Of a stretch of DNA of 64,000 nt, positions 1 to 10,295 are shown piece by piece. Within the stretch, counting starts at the first letter, position 1. The number at the start of each line of letters is the position of its first letter. The stretch comes from an uncultured delta proteobacterium (GTDB lineage Bacteria; Myxococcota; B64-G9). The notes below the pieces were generated by a model. That model was not told the origin of the DNA. It was given only the letters and a program-made list of their open reading frames with translations, and did no database searches. The stretch spans positions 96,001-160,000 of the forward strand of contig CAVWHX010000003.1 in assembly GCA_963754925.1 (NCBI GenBank). The letters are read 5' to 3'. The position numbers were made by a program, and so were the translations under genes.

Positions 1-65
1 TCCTGAAAATATGGTTTTGCGTTCTTTTCCTTGTCGAATCGCTTAATCTTTAGGGTGATGTTCAT
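1..65 (-). CDS. sdhB: Succinate dehydrogenase/fumarate reductase iron-sulfur subunit, N-terminal fragment (runs off window)
   Basis: ATG at 65 gives [21 protein letters not shown], a typical SdhB N-terminus, directly downstream of sdhA. Confidence 0.8.
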   Translation of the reverse strand, partial: MNITLKIKRFDKEKNAKPYFQ

Positions 66-1831
66 AGTGGTGCCCGCTTCACGCAGACGTTTAGGTTAAT
101 ACACTCTTGGCTTTGGTTTAAAAGAGATATATCTACGTCCTTGTACCCTATGGTAGGGCGATCCCCATCGAGCCAGATAAGACTGTGTTTCAACCAGTTC
201 TCATCGTCCCTTTGGGGAAAATCATCCCGTGAATGGGCGCCGCGACTCTCGCTCCGGTTTAAGGCCGCAGACGCGGTCAGGTACGCGAGATCGAGTAGGT
301 TCGAAAGCTCCAGGACCTCGAGCAACTCGGTATTGAATCCCTTGCCGGTATCCGAAACCTGAACATCCCGGAATTCCTCCCTGAGTGTTTGGATTTCTGC
401 TATCGCCTTTTTTATCTCTTCGCCGGTGCGAAATACGCCCACCTTTTCCATCATTACTTCCTGCATTTTGGCCATTATCTCACCACGGGATTTACCTTTT
501 TTGCCGGTGAGCAGCGCAGTCAGTTTTTTACGCGCCCTATCGTCAGGAGCAGCCGGCAACGGACCAAAATCCGCGTCTTTCACAAAGCGGGACATCTCCG
601 CCCCGGCTCTCTTGCCGTACACCACCAGGTCCACCAGACTGTTGGTGCCCAGCCGATTGGCCCCGTGAACGGATACGCAGGCACACTCTCCTGCTGCAAA
701 CAGTCCCTCGTAAACGTCGCCCTGTTCATCGCGTATGACATGCCCTTCGGTATCGGTGGGAATGCCACCCATGGCATAGTGCGCAGTGGGCTGCACCGGA
801 ATCGGCTTTTCAGCCGGGTCGATGCCAAGATAGGTGCGGCAGAATCCGGCGATATCGGGGAGCTTTTTCTCGATCACTTCTCTCCCGATAGGAGTCGCGT
901 CGAGATAGACAAAGTCGTCTATCTTTTTATCACCGCGTATGCCGTTTCCTTTCTGAATTTCGCTGATTATGGCGCGGCTTATCATGTCCCTGGGAGCAAG
1001 ATCTAAGAGCTTCGGGGCGTATTCCTCCATAAACCGCTCGCCGCTGCGATTGCGGAGAATCCCTCCTTCTCCGCGCACTCCCTCGGTAATGAGTATTCCC
1101 AAACCGTAGATACCCGTTGGATGAAACTGATAAAACTCCAGGTCCTCAAGCGGCACGCCCGCTCGGGCCAGCACCGCCGGGCCGTCCCCCGTGTTGGCAT
1201 GGGCGTTGGACGTCGTCCGAAACATCCGGCCGAACCCGCCGGTGGCAAAAAAGACCGCCTTCGATTGAAAGACATGTATCTCGCCGGTAGCCAGCTCAAT
1301 CGCTACCACACCGTTGCATTTTTTTCCGTCGATGAGCGCTTCCAGCACAAAAAATTCATCGAAGAAATGAACGCCGTTCTTGATGCACTGCTGGTACAGG
1401 GTCTGGAGAATCATATGGCCGGTGCGGTCGGCTGCGTAACAGGCGCGCCTCACCGGCGCCTCGCCGAAGTTCCGGGTGTGGCCGCCGAAGCGGCGTTGGT
1501 CGATCTTTCCGTCTTTTGTTCTGTTGAAAGGAAGCCCTAGATTTTCCAAATGGTACACGGCTTCCGGAGCTTGCTCCACCAGGATCTGCGCGGCTTTCTG
1601 ATCGGTCAGATAATCCCCTCCTTTTATGGTGTCGAAGGCGTGCCACTCCGGTCGGTCTTCCTCCACATTTCCAAGCGCAGCGCCAATTCCTCCCTGGGCC
1701 GCACCGGTATGGCTTCTGATGGGATAGAGCTTGGATAAAACGGCCGTCTTGGAGGATCGGCTCGCCTCGAGGGCCGCATACAACCCCGCGCCGCCGGAAC
1801 CGACGATAACGGATTCATATTGATGTTTCAT
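62..1831 (-). CDS. sdhA: Succinate dehydrogenase/fumarate reductase flavoprotein subunit; true stop probably at 96 after correcting a 1-nt indel near 120
   Basis: GSGGAG FAD motif, [10 protein letters not shown] covalent-FAD His motif, [26 protein letters not shown]. Start MKHQYES at 1831. A canonical KPRVY-stop ending lies in the adjacent frame. Confidence 0.95.
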   Translation of the reverse strand: MKHQYESVIVGSGGAGLYAALEASRSSKTAVLSKLYPIRSHTGAAQGGIGAALGNVEEDRPEWHAFDTIKGGDYLTDQKAAQILVEQAPEAVYHLENLGLPFNRTKDGKIDQRRFGGHTRNFGEAPVRRACYAADRTGHMILQTLYQQCIKNGVHFFDEFFVLEALIDGKKCNGVVAIELATGEIHVFQSKAVFFATGGFGRMFRTTSNAHANTGDGPAVLARAGVPLEDLEFYQFHPTGIYGLGILITEGVRGEGGILRNRSGERFMEEYAPKLLDLAPRDMISRAIISEIQKGNGIRGDKKIDDFVYLDATPIGREVIEKKLPDIAGFCRTYLGIDPAEKPIPVQPTAHYAMGGIPTDTEGHVIRDEQGDVYEGLFAAGECACVSVHGANRLGTNSLVDLVVYGKRAGAEMSRFVKDADFGPLPAAPDDRARKKLTALLTGKKGKSRGEIMAKMQEVMMEKVGVFRTGEEIKKAIAEIQTLREEFRDVQVSDTGKGFNTELLEVLELSNLLDLAYLTASAALNRSESRGAHSRDDFPQRDDENWLKHSLIWLDGDRPTIGYKDVDISLLNQSQECINLNVCVKRAPL

Positions 1832-1847
1832 TGATTTTTTCAAATTA

Positions 1848-3239
1848 TTAAACCATTTTCTTAGGATCCAGGACCTCGTCGATATCAGCCTCGATGACAA
1901 TATTAAGTTCTTTTACTACCTGTTTGATGGTCTTATTTTCTCTAAACGCTTTTTGGGCAATCTCGCCGCACCTATCATACCCTATGAAAGGGCTCAGGTT
2001 CGTAACCGTCATAAGCATTCGTTCAAGGTGAGTTGTTATCTGATCGGTATTTGCTTTGAGCCCTTTGAGGCAGTTTTCAACAAAAGAATTCGCCGCATTG
2101 CTTATTATCTCAATGGAATCGAGTAGATTGTATATCATCACCGGCTTGCAGAGATTGAGATCCAGAATGCTGCCATACCCTTCAGCCATAGATACCACGG
2201 CATCGTTGCCCATAACCTGCAGGCACACCTGGATAAGCGCTTCCGACTGCGTAGGGTTGATTTTACCGGGCATGATGGACGATCCGGGTTCGTTGGCGGG
2301 AAGCAGCAGCTCGAAAAGTCCTGCGCGCGGCCCGCTTCCCATCCAACGGATATCGTTGGCCATCTTCATGAGCGAAAGTGCAAGCTGGCGTATGCCGGCG
2401 CTCATGGCGACCACGGCGCTATGCGACGAGATGCCTTCCGCCTTAATAGGATTGAGTCGTAGTTGAAAACCGGAGAGTTTCGACAACTTTTGTACAGCCA
2501 GCCGGTCAAAGCCCTCGGGGGCATTGAGGCCGGTTCCCACGGCGGTTCCTCCCAAGGGGACGACCATTAATCGATCCATGGCGCTCTTTACCTGATGAGC
2601 GCCGGATTCAACCTGCTGTTGATAAACCTGAAACTCCATCGAGAGCGGAATAGGAACTGCATCTTGCAGATGCGTCCGGCCAACTTTTACTATCCCTTCA
2701 AATTGCTTGACCTTTTCCGTAAGCACGGCTTTCAGTTTTTCCAGGGCGGGAAGCAGTTTTTCTCTTGTCAGATGCAAAATAGAAATATGCATGGCGACGG
2801 GAATCACATCGTTGGACGATTGTCCTTTGTTGACATGATCGTTTGGATGCACCGGATGTTTTTTCCCGCGGGGAAAACCGAGAATCTCATTGGCGCGGTT
2901 TGCCAGCACCTCGTTCATATTCATGTTGGTCTGGGTGCCCGAACCGGTCTGAAAAACGTCGATGGGAAACTGATCGAGAAAGCGTCCCTCCTGCAGCAGC
3001 TCGTCTAACGATTGAAGCAGGGCAGCGCCCTTTTCCGCATCAATCAGGTCAAGCTCCCGGTTGGCGAGCAAACACGCCTTTTTTATTTCAGCAAGCGACG
3101 AGAGAAAGACCGCGGGAAATCTTTTTTTGCTAATCTGAAAATTCTGAACGGCCCTGAACGTATTTATACCCCAATATGCCTCGGCGGGAACATCGACCTC
3201 GCCGAGCACATCCTTTTCCTTACGGAATTCGTGGCCCAT
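1848..3239 (-). CDS. fumC: Class II fumarate hydratase
   Basis: [20 protein letters not shown] and the [11 protein letters not shown] signature. Confidence 0.93.
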   Translation of the reverse strand: MGHEFRKEKDVLGEVDVPAEAYWGINTFRAVQNFQISKKRFPAVFLSSLAEIKKACLLANRELDLIDAEKGAALLQSLDELLQEGRFLDQFPIDVFQTGSGTQTNMNMNEVLANRANEILGFPRGKKHPVHPNDHVNKGQSSNDVIPVAMHISILHLTREKLLPALEKLKAVLTEKVKQFEGIVKVGRTHLQDAVPIPLSMEFQVYQQQVESGAHQVKSAMDRLMVVPLGGTAVGTGLNAPEGFDRLAVQKLSKLSGFQLRLNPIKAEGISSHSAVVAMSAGIRQLALSLMKMANDIRWMGSGPRAGLFELLLPANEPGSSIMPGKINPTQSEALIQVCLQVMGNDAVVSMAEGYGSILDLNLCKPVMIYNLLDSIEIISNAANSFVENCLKGLKANTDQITTHLERMLMTVTNLSPFIGYDRCGEIAQKAFRENKTIKQVVKELNIVIEADIDEVLDPKKMV

Positions 3240-3254
3240 GATAGTTTCGAGTTC

Positions 3255-4733
3255 CTAGTATTGTTGGGCGTCTAGACCGCCAACCATTACGTATTTGATT
3301 TCGAGGTACTCGTCAATCCCATATTTGGATCCCTCACGGCCGATTCCGGACTCCTTGAACCCGCCAAACGGGCCGACCTCGTTGGAGATAATCCCCTCGT
3401 TAACCCCAACCATGCCGTACTCGAGTGCTTCAGCCACCCGCCATGCCCGGCCGAGGTCGCGGGTGTAAAAGTACGAGGCAAGCCCGAAGCGCGTGTCATT
3501 GGCCATCCGTATCGCCTCCCCTTCGGTTCTGAATCGGAACAGCGGCGCCACCGGGCCGAAGGTCTCTTCTTCGCTCACCTGCATCAGATTGGTGACTTCC
3601 GTGAGAACCGTCGGTTCAAAGAAGGTGCCGCCCAGGATATGGCGCTTACCGCCGACGAGAACGCGCGCGCCCTTGGAAAGAGCATCTTTGATGTGGGCCT
3701 CGACTTTTTCCACGCCGGCTTGATTGATGAGCGGCCCCTGCTGCACGCCGGATTCGAGACCCGGCCCGACCTTGAGACGTGAGACGGCATCGGCCAGCTT
3801 GGCGGCGAAGGCATTATAGATACCGTCCTGCACCAGAAAACGGTTGGCGCAAACGCAGGTCTGTCCGGAGTTTCGATACTTGGAAGCCATAGCGCCCCTG
3901 ACGGCTGCTTCCAGATCCGCATCGTCGAAAACGATAAACGGCGCGTTGCCGCCCAGCTCCAAAGAAATTTTTTTAACGGTGTCGGCGCCCTGGCGCATGA
4001 GCAGTTTGCCGATCTCGGTTGATCCGGTAAAGGAAAGCTTGCGGACCAGAGGATTTGACGTAAGCTCGGCGCCCACGGCGCCCGGGTTCGTTGTGGTTAC
4101 CACATTGAGCACGCCGTGCGGGATCCCCGCCTGTTTTCCGAGCTCCGCCAGGGCCAGGGCGCAAAGCGGTGTGTCCTCGGCCGGCTTTATCACTACGGTG
4201 CAGCCGGCTGCCAGCGCCGGTGCGACCTTCCGGGTGATCATCGCCACGGGAAAGTTCCAGGGTGAGATCGCGGCGACGACCCCGATCGGCTGTTTAAGCA
4301 CCAGGATGCGTTTGCCGGCGACCGGCGTCGGGATCACATCACCGTAGACCCTCTTTCCCTCCTCGGCAAACCATTCGATAAAAGACGCCCCGTACGCAAC
4401 CTCGCCGCGCGCCTCGGCCAGAGGTTTGCCTTGCTCGGTGGTAAGCAATACCGCCAGGTCCTCCTGATTGGCCATGATAAGAGTGAACCACTCGCGCAGA
4501 AGTATCGCCCGCTCCTTGGCGGTTTTTGCGCTCCATGCGGGGAACGCTTCCCGCGCGGCTTCTATGGCTCGACGGGTTTCATCCTTGCCCATGTCCGGAA
4601 CCTGCATGATTTCCGTTCCGTCGGCCGGATTCGTCACCGGAAAAGTCTTCCCGTTTGTAGCCGCAACCCATTCGCCACCGATATATGCTTCGCTTTTTAG
4701 AAGCGACATGTTTTTCAGAATTGGTCGACTCAT
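3255..4733 (-). CDS. gabD: NAD(P)-dependent succinate-semialdehyde dehydrogenase
   Basis: ALDH motifs [40 protein letters not shown]; strongly GabD-like. Confidence 0.9.
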   Translation of the reverse strand: MSRPILKNMSLLKSEAYIGGEWVAATNGKTFPVTNPADGTEIMQVPDMGKDETRRAIEAAREAFPAWSAKTAKERAILLREWFTLIMANQEDLAVLLTTEQGKPLAEARGEVAYGASFIEWFAEEGKRVYGDVIPTPVAGKRILVLKQPIGVVAAISPWNFPVAMITRKVAPALAAGCTVVIKPAEDTPLCALALAELGKQAGIPHGVLNVVTTTNPGAVGAELTSNPLVRKLSFTGSTEIGKLLMRQGADTVKKISLELGGNAPFIVFDDADLEAAVRGAMASKYRNSGQTCVCANRFLVQDGIYNAFAAKLADAVSRLKVGPGLESGVQQGPLINQAGVEKVEAHIKDALSKGARVLVGGKRHILGGTFFEPTVLTEVTNLMQVSEEETFGPVAPLFRFRTEGEAIRMANDTRFGLASYFYTRDLGRAWRVAEALEYGMVGVNEGIISNEVGPFGGFKESGIGREGSKYGIDEYLEIKYVMVGGLDAQQY

Positions 4734-4762
4734 GAACCCTACCTCCTAAATTAACCCAAAAC

Positions 4763-5887
4763 TTAAAACTCGATTACTTGGCGTACCGCCTTTCCCTCTC
4801 TGAGGAGATCGAACCCGAGGTTTATATCTTTGAGACCTAAGCGCCCGCTCATGAGCTTATCCACCGGCAATTTTCCTCTACGGTACAGCGCTATGTAGCT
4901 GGGTATGTCTCGCACCGGAACACAGGTCCCGATATAACTGCCCTTGATGGTTCGTTCCTCCGCCACAATGTTTACTTGCGGCAGCGAAATCATGGCGCCG
5001 GGCGGCGTCAGGCCTACAGCTACGGTTGTGCCGCCGCGCCTGGTTATGCGATACGCAAGCTCCATGGCCTTGATAGACCCGGCTGTTTCAAACGAATAGT
5101 GCACGCCGCCTTTGGTGGTTTCCCTGATCTCATCCGCAGCGGTACTGAAAGCGGCGTCGAATGCGTCCGTTGCTCCAAGCTCTATAGCCAACGCAAGCTT
5201 TTCCTTGGACAAATCCGCGACAACGATCCGGCTCGCTCCGGCCATAACGGCGCCGAGTAGCGCGGCCAGCCCCACTCCGCCGAGGCCGACAATGGCAACC
5301 AAAGAGCCCGGACTCACCCGGGCCGTGTTCACCACGGCGCCGACGCCGGTCAGTACCGCGCAACCGAACAATGCGGCGATATCCAATCGCAGGTCGGAGT
5401 CAATGGGCACCAGCGACCGCCTTGACACGGTGGCATGATCGGCGAATGCGGAGACCCCCAAGTGGTGATGGACGGTCTTCCGGCCGAGGTGGAGTCGCCG
5501 CTCTCCCGACAGAAGCGAACCGGCCGTGTTGGCATTGGCACCCGGTTCGCATAAGGCAGGTCGGCCTTCGGCGCACGGGATGCAGTGGCCGCAGCTCGGC
5601 ATGAAAACCATGACCACATGGTCGCCTTTTTTGAGGTCGGTCACGCCGGCGCCGAATTCCTCGACGATGCCCGCGGCCTCGTGCCCGAGCGCCATAGGCA
5701 CCGGCCGAGGCCGATCGCCATTAATAACAGAGAGGTCGGAGTGGCATAAACCGGCAGCCGCGATTTTTACCAAAACTTCGTTGGGACCGGGCGGGTCGAG
5801 ATCGATTTCTTCGATTGAAAGGGGTTTCGAGGTTGCGTAGGGGTGCTTTGCCCCCATGGAATTTAGTATCGCAGCTTTTATTTTCAT
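4763..5887 (-). CDS. Zinc-dependent alcohol dehydrogenase family protein
   Basis: GLCHSD, GHE, structural Zn cysteines CGHCIPC...C, GLGGVG Rossmann motif. Confidence 0.92.
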   Translation of the reverse strand: MKIKAAILNSMGAKHPYATSKPLSIEEIDLDPPGPNEVLVKIAAAGLCHSDLSVINGDRPRPVPMALGHEAAGIVEEFGAGVTDLKKGDHVVMVFMPSCGHCIPCAEGRPALCEPGANANTAGSLLSGERRLHLGRKTVHHHLGVSAFADHATVSRRSLVPIDSDLRLDIAALFGCAVLTGVGAVVNTARVSPGSLVAIVGLGGVGLAALLGAVMAGASRIVVADLSKEKLALAIELGATDAFDAAFSTAADEIRETTKGGVHYSFETAGSIKAMELAYRITRRGGTTVAVGLTPPGAMISLPQVNIVAEERTIKGSYIGTCVPVRDIPSYIALYRRGKLPVDKLMSGRLGLKDINLGFDLLREGKAVRQVIEF

Positions 5888-5936
5888 AAGAACACCTAGC
5901 CAGCATTGTTACGCTAGATATTTCCTAACTGTAGGT

Positions 5937-5967
5937 TCAAGTTAGGTCTGATTTCGGGTTTGTCAAT
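5937..5967 (-). promoter_or_regulatory. Sigma70-like promoter with conserved spacer (copy 1 of 3) for the adh-gabD-fumC-sdhAB operon
   Basis: Minus strand ATTGACAAACCCGAAATCAGACCTAACTTGA, about 50 nt upstream of the adh start. Confidence 0.65.
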
Positions 5968-6028
5968 GAGGGAGATCAGTGTGTGACTTTATTAGTTTAC
6001 TTCAAAGCAAATAATTAGGATAAAAATA

Positions 6029-6530
6029 CTAATTAACCTTTTGCGATCCGCTCTTCAGGATCATATCCAGTATCGAAGGAGGGTTAATCTGCTGTTTGTC
6101 TTTTGAGGTATAGCCGGTTTGTTGAGGCATAAAAATACAAGCGGTTGTTTGGAGAAGAATAGCTTTCTTTGTATCTGGATCAGCAGCGGCTGTAGCAAAT
6201 GCTTGGAATGTGCTAAGTGCATTAGACCTATGGCGATTAACGACATTATTATGCCGATGCGCTCGATAATTATTGGTTGACCACACTATACAACTCAGAA
6301 GAGTTGTGAACCCAAGAACCTTCGCAGCCATTCTTCCAAGCGCTTCTTGAAAGACATCCCGAAAGGCTTCCTTTGGGATGCTGCTAAAAGCCGTCTGGTT
6401 GAACAATGTAGCGCCCAAAGAACTGTAAGCGGTGATCTTATTCTTGATGTTAAATTTGAATTGATTCCAAAAAATGAAAAATCTTTGGAAATGGTTGCAG
6501 TTATTAATACCAAGAAATATACGTGACCGG
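6029..6530 (-). pseudogene. C-terminal remnant of an unknown membrane protein
   Basis: ORF 6029-6418 has no good start or RBS but has a TM segment and NVVNRHRSNALSTFQAF. A hydrophobic stretch upstream is in another frame and is cut off at the TA module. Confidence 0.45.
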
Positions 6531-6568
6531 GGTGAACTGGTTCCGCCGAAACCGATGGTTTAATCCTC

Positions 6569-6597
6569 TTGACGTCGGTTACTTTGTGTCGTATTGT
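6569..6597 (+). promoter_or_regulatory. Toxin-antitoxin promoter
   Basis: TTGACG-17 bp-TATTGT, followed by an imperfect TGTG...CACA palindrome and a CAGGAGG RBS. Confidence 0.6.
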
Positions 6598-6622
6598 GTA
6601 CATAGTAGCACAGGAGGCTTTC

Positions 6623-6868
6623 ATGGACACCAACACAATGACGATTCGGTTGCCCGCCAAGATCAAGAGCCGACTGGCTCAATTGGCTAAAGTTACAGAA
6701 CGAAGCAAGTCCTGGTTGGCCGCCGATGCTATCCGAACGTACCTGGAGCTTCAGGAGTGGCAGATCCGGGAGATCAAGGCCGGGGTGAAGGAGGCTGACG
6801 CCGGCGACTTCGCCTCTGAGGCCGAAGTCAATGCCGTGTTCTCCAAGTGGAGGGGTAATGGGCGTTAA
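6623..6868 (+). CDS. CopG/ribbon-helix-helix antitoxin
   Basis: MTIRLP...LAKVTERSKSWLAADAI RHH pattern with an acidic C-terminus (EADAGDFASEAEV); overlaps the toxin start. Confidence 0.9.
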   Translation: MDTNTMTIRLPAKIKSRLAQLAKVTERSKSWLAADAIRTYLELQEWQIREIKAGVKEADAGDFASEAEVNAVFSKWRGNGR

Positions 6869-7142
6869 GTGGACTCGGACGGCCTTAGCCAACCTCAACG
6901 ATCTTGCCGAGTATATCGCCCAGGACAATCCAAGAGCCGCCGCCGAAATGGTCGATCGAATAGTTGCAGCGATTGAAAGGCTCAAGACCTACCCTGCGCT
7001 GGGCGGACCGGGGCGAGTGCCGAACACCCGTGAATTGGTAGTTACGATAACCCCCTACATTATTCCATATCGGGTGAAGGGCAAAAACATCCAGATACTC
7101 CGCGTCTTCCACACCGCCCGGCGCTGGCCAGATGACTTCTGA
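6858..7142 (+). CDS. RelE/ParE family type II toxin
   Basis: VKWTRTALANL..IAQDNP..GRVPNTRELV..PYIIPYRV..ILRVFHTAR; 94 aa. Confidence 0.92.
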   Translation: MGVKWTRTALANLNDLAEYIAQDNPRAAAEMVDRIVAAIERLKTYPALGGPGRVPNTRELVVTITPYIIPYRVKGKNIQILRVFHTARRWPDDF

Positions 7143-7300
7143 AGACCGGCATCGCCAGCCCTAACCTATTGCGTGCAAACCATCCCAGCCACAATCCCAC
7201 CCGGGAGACCATTAATCGGCTTCTCAAACCGTTCGGTCTCAGGCTTAGCTTGCCACCGATTAAAAAGCCGAAGCACAAGCGTGCTGCGTACCATCTCTAA
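7142..7300 (+). pseudogene. C-terminal remnant of an HTH (XRE-like/addiction antidote) protein
   Basis: Start-less frame KTGIASPNLLRANHPSHNPTRETINRLLKPFGLRLSL resembles the HTH tail NPTLxTLxxLLKPFGLRLSL. Confidence 0.5.
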
Positions 7301-7474
7301 CGGTAAATATAAAAGGCTGTAAAAAGGAGTAGGCTACGGTTTTCCTAGGTGCCAAAAAACTGCTCTCTGATCCTTTTCGTTGGGAATTGTTTTAGCGGCC
7401 AGTTCCCTGTATTTACCATTTAAAATATTGCACAAATACAATATATTAGTTCACTATTAATCAATATAAATATA

Positions 7475-7542
7475 GTTGTATATACAACATATGTTACTTA
7501 ATATAAAATAATTCTTGACATCTAATACTACATGTATATACT
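7475..7542 (+). promoter_or_regulatory. Palindromic operator plus sigma70 promoter upstream of the 2TM gene
   Basis: Perfect palindrome GTTGTATATACAAC (7475-7488); TTGACA (7515)-16 bp-TATACT (7537). Confidence 0.55.
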
Positions 7543-7716
7543 GTATCATTAGTTGATGAATAAAAATGTTACAACAACTAAAAGTAGAAATGAGCTGCAT
7601 AGTATGAAAGTAAAAGATAGCATCGAAGATCTCATAGAACAATATGAGAAGACGGGTGAAGAGTAAAGAAATGCGGTAACTCACCAAAACGGCATAAAGA
7701 AAAGGGAGAAATTATT

Positions 7717-8094
7717 ATGGCAAGCAAACGTTCAATAATAGGATTCGGTTATCATTTGACCGCGTATCTGGCAATAAATGCGGTTTTGGTATGGATCAAT
7801 TTCGATACTTCACCACAATATTTATGGGTAATGTGGCCGATCATCGGCTGGGGTATTGCTCTGGCTTTTCACGGATTGAGTGTTGTTTCATCATCGACAA
7901 CGATCCATAAGGGATTTATGTACCATCTGGCCGCATATATTTTAGTTAACGCACTTTTGATTTTTGTTAATTTCTACACGTTCCCTGAATACTTATGGTT
8001 TAAATATCCGTTAATTGCTTGGAGTTTCATAATCGCCTTCCATTGCTGGCGTGTTTTCTCGAATAAAGACAGATCAGACCCGGCATCCCCATAG
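7717..8094 (+). CDS. Membrane protein with two tandem 2TM domains
   Basis: Two repeats of F.YHL.AY...N..L..IN....P.YLW...P...W......FH. Confidence 0.85.
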   Translation: MASKRSIIGFGYHLTAYLAINAVLVWINFDTSPQYLWVMWPIIGWGIALAFHGLSVVSSSTTIHKGFMYHLAAYILVNALLIFVNFYTFPEYLWFKYPLIAWSFIIAFHCWRVFSNKDRSDPASP

Positions 8095-8121
8095 CTCAGG
8101 TTCTCAAAACGCCGGCTGTCC

Positions 8122-8918
8122 TCACGGGATTGGAACTCCCTCATGTAAAATCATTCTGGCCTTTTCGCTATACAGTACAAAAAACGGCTTCTTGTTTCTC
8201 AATCCTAGATCCACAAGGTTGGTGGCCATGCTGTGCTTGCTCTGATCATTAACCCAAAGCCGGTTGTAAAATAAAAACTTGCTCTTGGATCTTGAATCTA
8301 CAGTAGTAAGGATTCGGAGAGCCTTACCTTGATGCGTGGTGTGTGAGATGAATGAGCCAATTCCAAAGGGTAAAGGCAAAAATCCTATTTTACCCTTTAG
8401 CGTAAGAATAGGTTGCTTGAGAACCGGATCCTCCACTGCCCCATTGAACTGCCTGCCTTTGAGATCAATGTTGATATTCGTCACGAACTTGGGATAATTC
8501 CATACCTCCTTTCCACCTATATAGGCGATTTCGGTTGTGACAGGAAGATTCATTACGTACGCGCCCATGCCCCACTTTGTCCCATCCATAAAAAGGAGTT
8601 GGATGGGGGTAGCAAAAAGACCGATCCTCTTTGCCTTTTTGGGGTAGGAGAGGATAAAAAGCCCCACCTCATTATACGGACCTATAGCGCTATTTCGGTA
8701 CTGGAAGAAAGTCATCACCACACCGGCCATGCCATTAAAAATCTGCAAGGCCTAAAAACTGTCCCTTCAAGTTTTTGAGCAGCTTTTTTGTAATTGGCCC
8801 AAAAGAAAAAATGCGCGTATCCATAATCGGGATAGAAGATGGGAAGATCAATTACTCCTTTAGTTGTTTGAAAATTTTTTAACGGAACATTGAAGAAGGT
8901 ATCGGCTTTTGCGTTCAT
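8122..8918 (-). CDS. Acetoacetate decarboxylase-like family protein (frameshift at 8737-8741)
   Basis: ORFs 8715-8918 (IDLPIFY) and 8122-8748 (IGPYNEVG, LPVTTE, GKEVWNYPKFV) join if one A is added to the A5 run. Confidence 0.8.
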
Positions 8919-8969
8919 GATAACCCTCCTAATATGATTTGGCATTAAAGCGCTGTGCGTCGTTCGATC

Positions 8970-10295
8970 TTATCGCACTTTGAAATCCGTACCCAGGTGA
9001 TGCTCGAAAAGCGCCAGTCGATTGATCTGGTTGGTCCCTTCGTATATCTGGGTAAGGCGCGAGTCGCGCCACGCCCGCTCGACGCCGTGTGCATGAAGAT
9101 ACCCGTGGTCGCCCATGAGCTCCATGGCTTGGTTGCACACTTTGAACGCGGTATCCGACGCAAACACCTTGGCCGACGCCGAGGCCGATTGGTAGCATCT
9201 GAACTGCCGGCAGCTTTGCCAAATCATCGAGCGCGCGGCCCAGAGACTGATCATCATGTCCGCGAGCTCGATTTGGACGTCCTGATATTCGATGAGCCGC
9301 TTCGGCCCGAGATAGGTCTTTCGACAAAACTCGAGGCAGCGCTCGAATGCGCCGCGGCCGTGCCCAAGCGCCATGGCTCCGACAACCGGACGTGAATAGT
9401 TGAGCACGTTGCGGTTGTTGGCCCACCCCGAGCGCAGCCTCCCAACGACGTTTTTGTGAGGGACGAAGACGTCCTCAAAGATAAGCTCGGATGCGTCGCA
9501 GGCGCGTTGCCCCATCTTCTTTTCGCGCCTGCCCACCGAAAAACCTTTCATTCCCTTTTCCACCAAAAAACACGTCCACGACTCAATCCCCTGCCCCTCG
9601 ATTTTTGCATAGACCGTGACCTTGTCGGCAATGGCTCCGCCGGATATGAAGCATTTCTGTCCGTTAAGAATATATCCGCCGTTGGTCGGCTTGGCGGTGG
9701 TCACGAGGCGCGCCGAAGCACCACCCTCGGTCTCCTCAACATCCGAACCGGCGCCGGGTTCGGTGATGGCGAAGGCCATGGTGTCCGGTTTGCCGAGGAA
9801 GGTTGATTTGAGATAGTACGGAACGAAATGTCGAACAATAGTCTTGAGGCTGCCTGATAGAAGCAGCGGCACGATACCGAGATTGTGGGCCAGCAGTAGG
9901 AGCGCAAGCCCGCCGCATTCGGTGGCGAACTCCTCCCCCACGACCGCTATCTGCAGGGCCGCTCCTCTCAGGAAAACAGGAATGCTGGCCCGACCGATGG
10001 GCAGGGTAAAGAGTAACGTTTGAAACCCTTTTTTCGCGGCTTTTGCCACCAGCGGCTTGGGATCAAAATTATACGGATGAAGGTCGACCTGCGCCGCGAG
10101 GGGTCGGATATGTTCGCGAGCAAACGCGCGCGCCCGCCGCCGCCAGCGCCGCGCCCCCCAGGGAAGGGTTGCGGTGTCGTGTTCCCAGATACTCATTTCC
10201 CGGTTGTCCATCAGCAGGCGGCCCAAGAAGTTCAGCGTGGAAGTGGCGCGTTTGGGCTTGAGCAGCTCGATTCTATCCTGAACGGATTGGTTCAT
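8970..10295 (-). CDS. Acyl-CoA dehydrogenase (catalytic Glu present)
   Basis: FAITEPGAGSD, LNGQKCFIS, KMGQRA, ELMGDHGY, RDSRLTQIYEGTNQI. Confidence 0.93.
   Translation of the reverse strand: MNQSVQDRIELLKPKRATSTLNFLGRLLMDNREMSIWEHDTATLPWGARRWRRRARAFAREHIRPLAAQVDLHPYNFDPKPLVAKAAKKGFQTLLFTLPIGRASIPVFLRGAALQIAVVGEEFATECGGLALLLLAHNLGIVPLLLSGSLKTIVRHFVPYYLKSTFLGKPDTMAFAITEPGAGSDVEETEGGASARLVTTAKPTNGGYILNGQKCFISGGAIADKVTVYAKIEGQGIESWTCFLVEKGMKGFSVGRREKKMGQRACDASELIFEDVFVPHKNVVGRLRSGWANNRNVLNYSRPVVGAMALGHGRGAFERCLEFCRKTYLGPKRLIEYQDVQIELADMMISLWAARSMIWQSCRQFRCYQSASASAKVFASDTAFKVCNQAMELMGDHGYLHAHGVERAWRDSRLTQIYEGTNQINRLALFEHHLGTDFKVR

Noticed and set aside
5939..7301. Integron cassette array (GTTAGG/TAAC cores near the TA module)
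   Set aside because: I could not find paired attC inverted repeats or an integrase, and the GTTAG words are better explained as the minus-strand -10 box.
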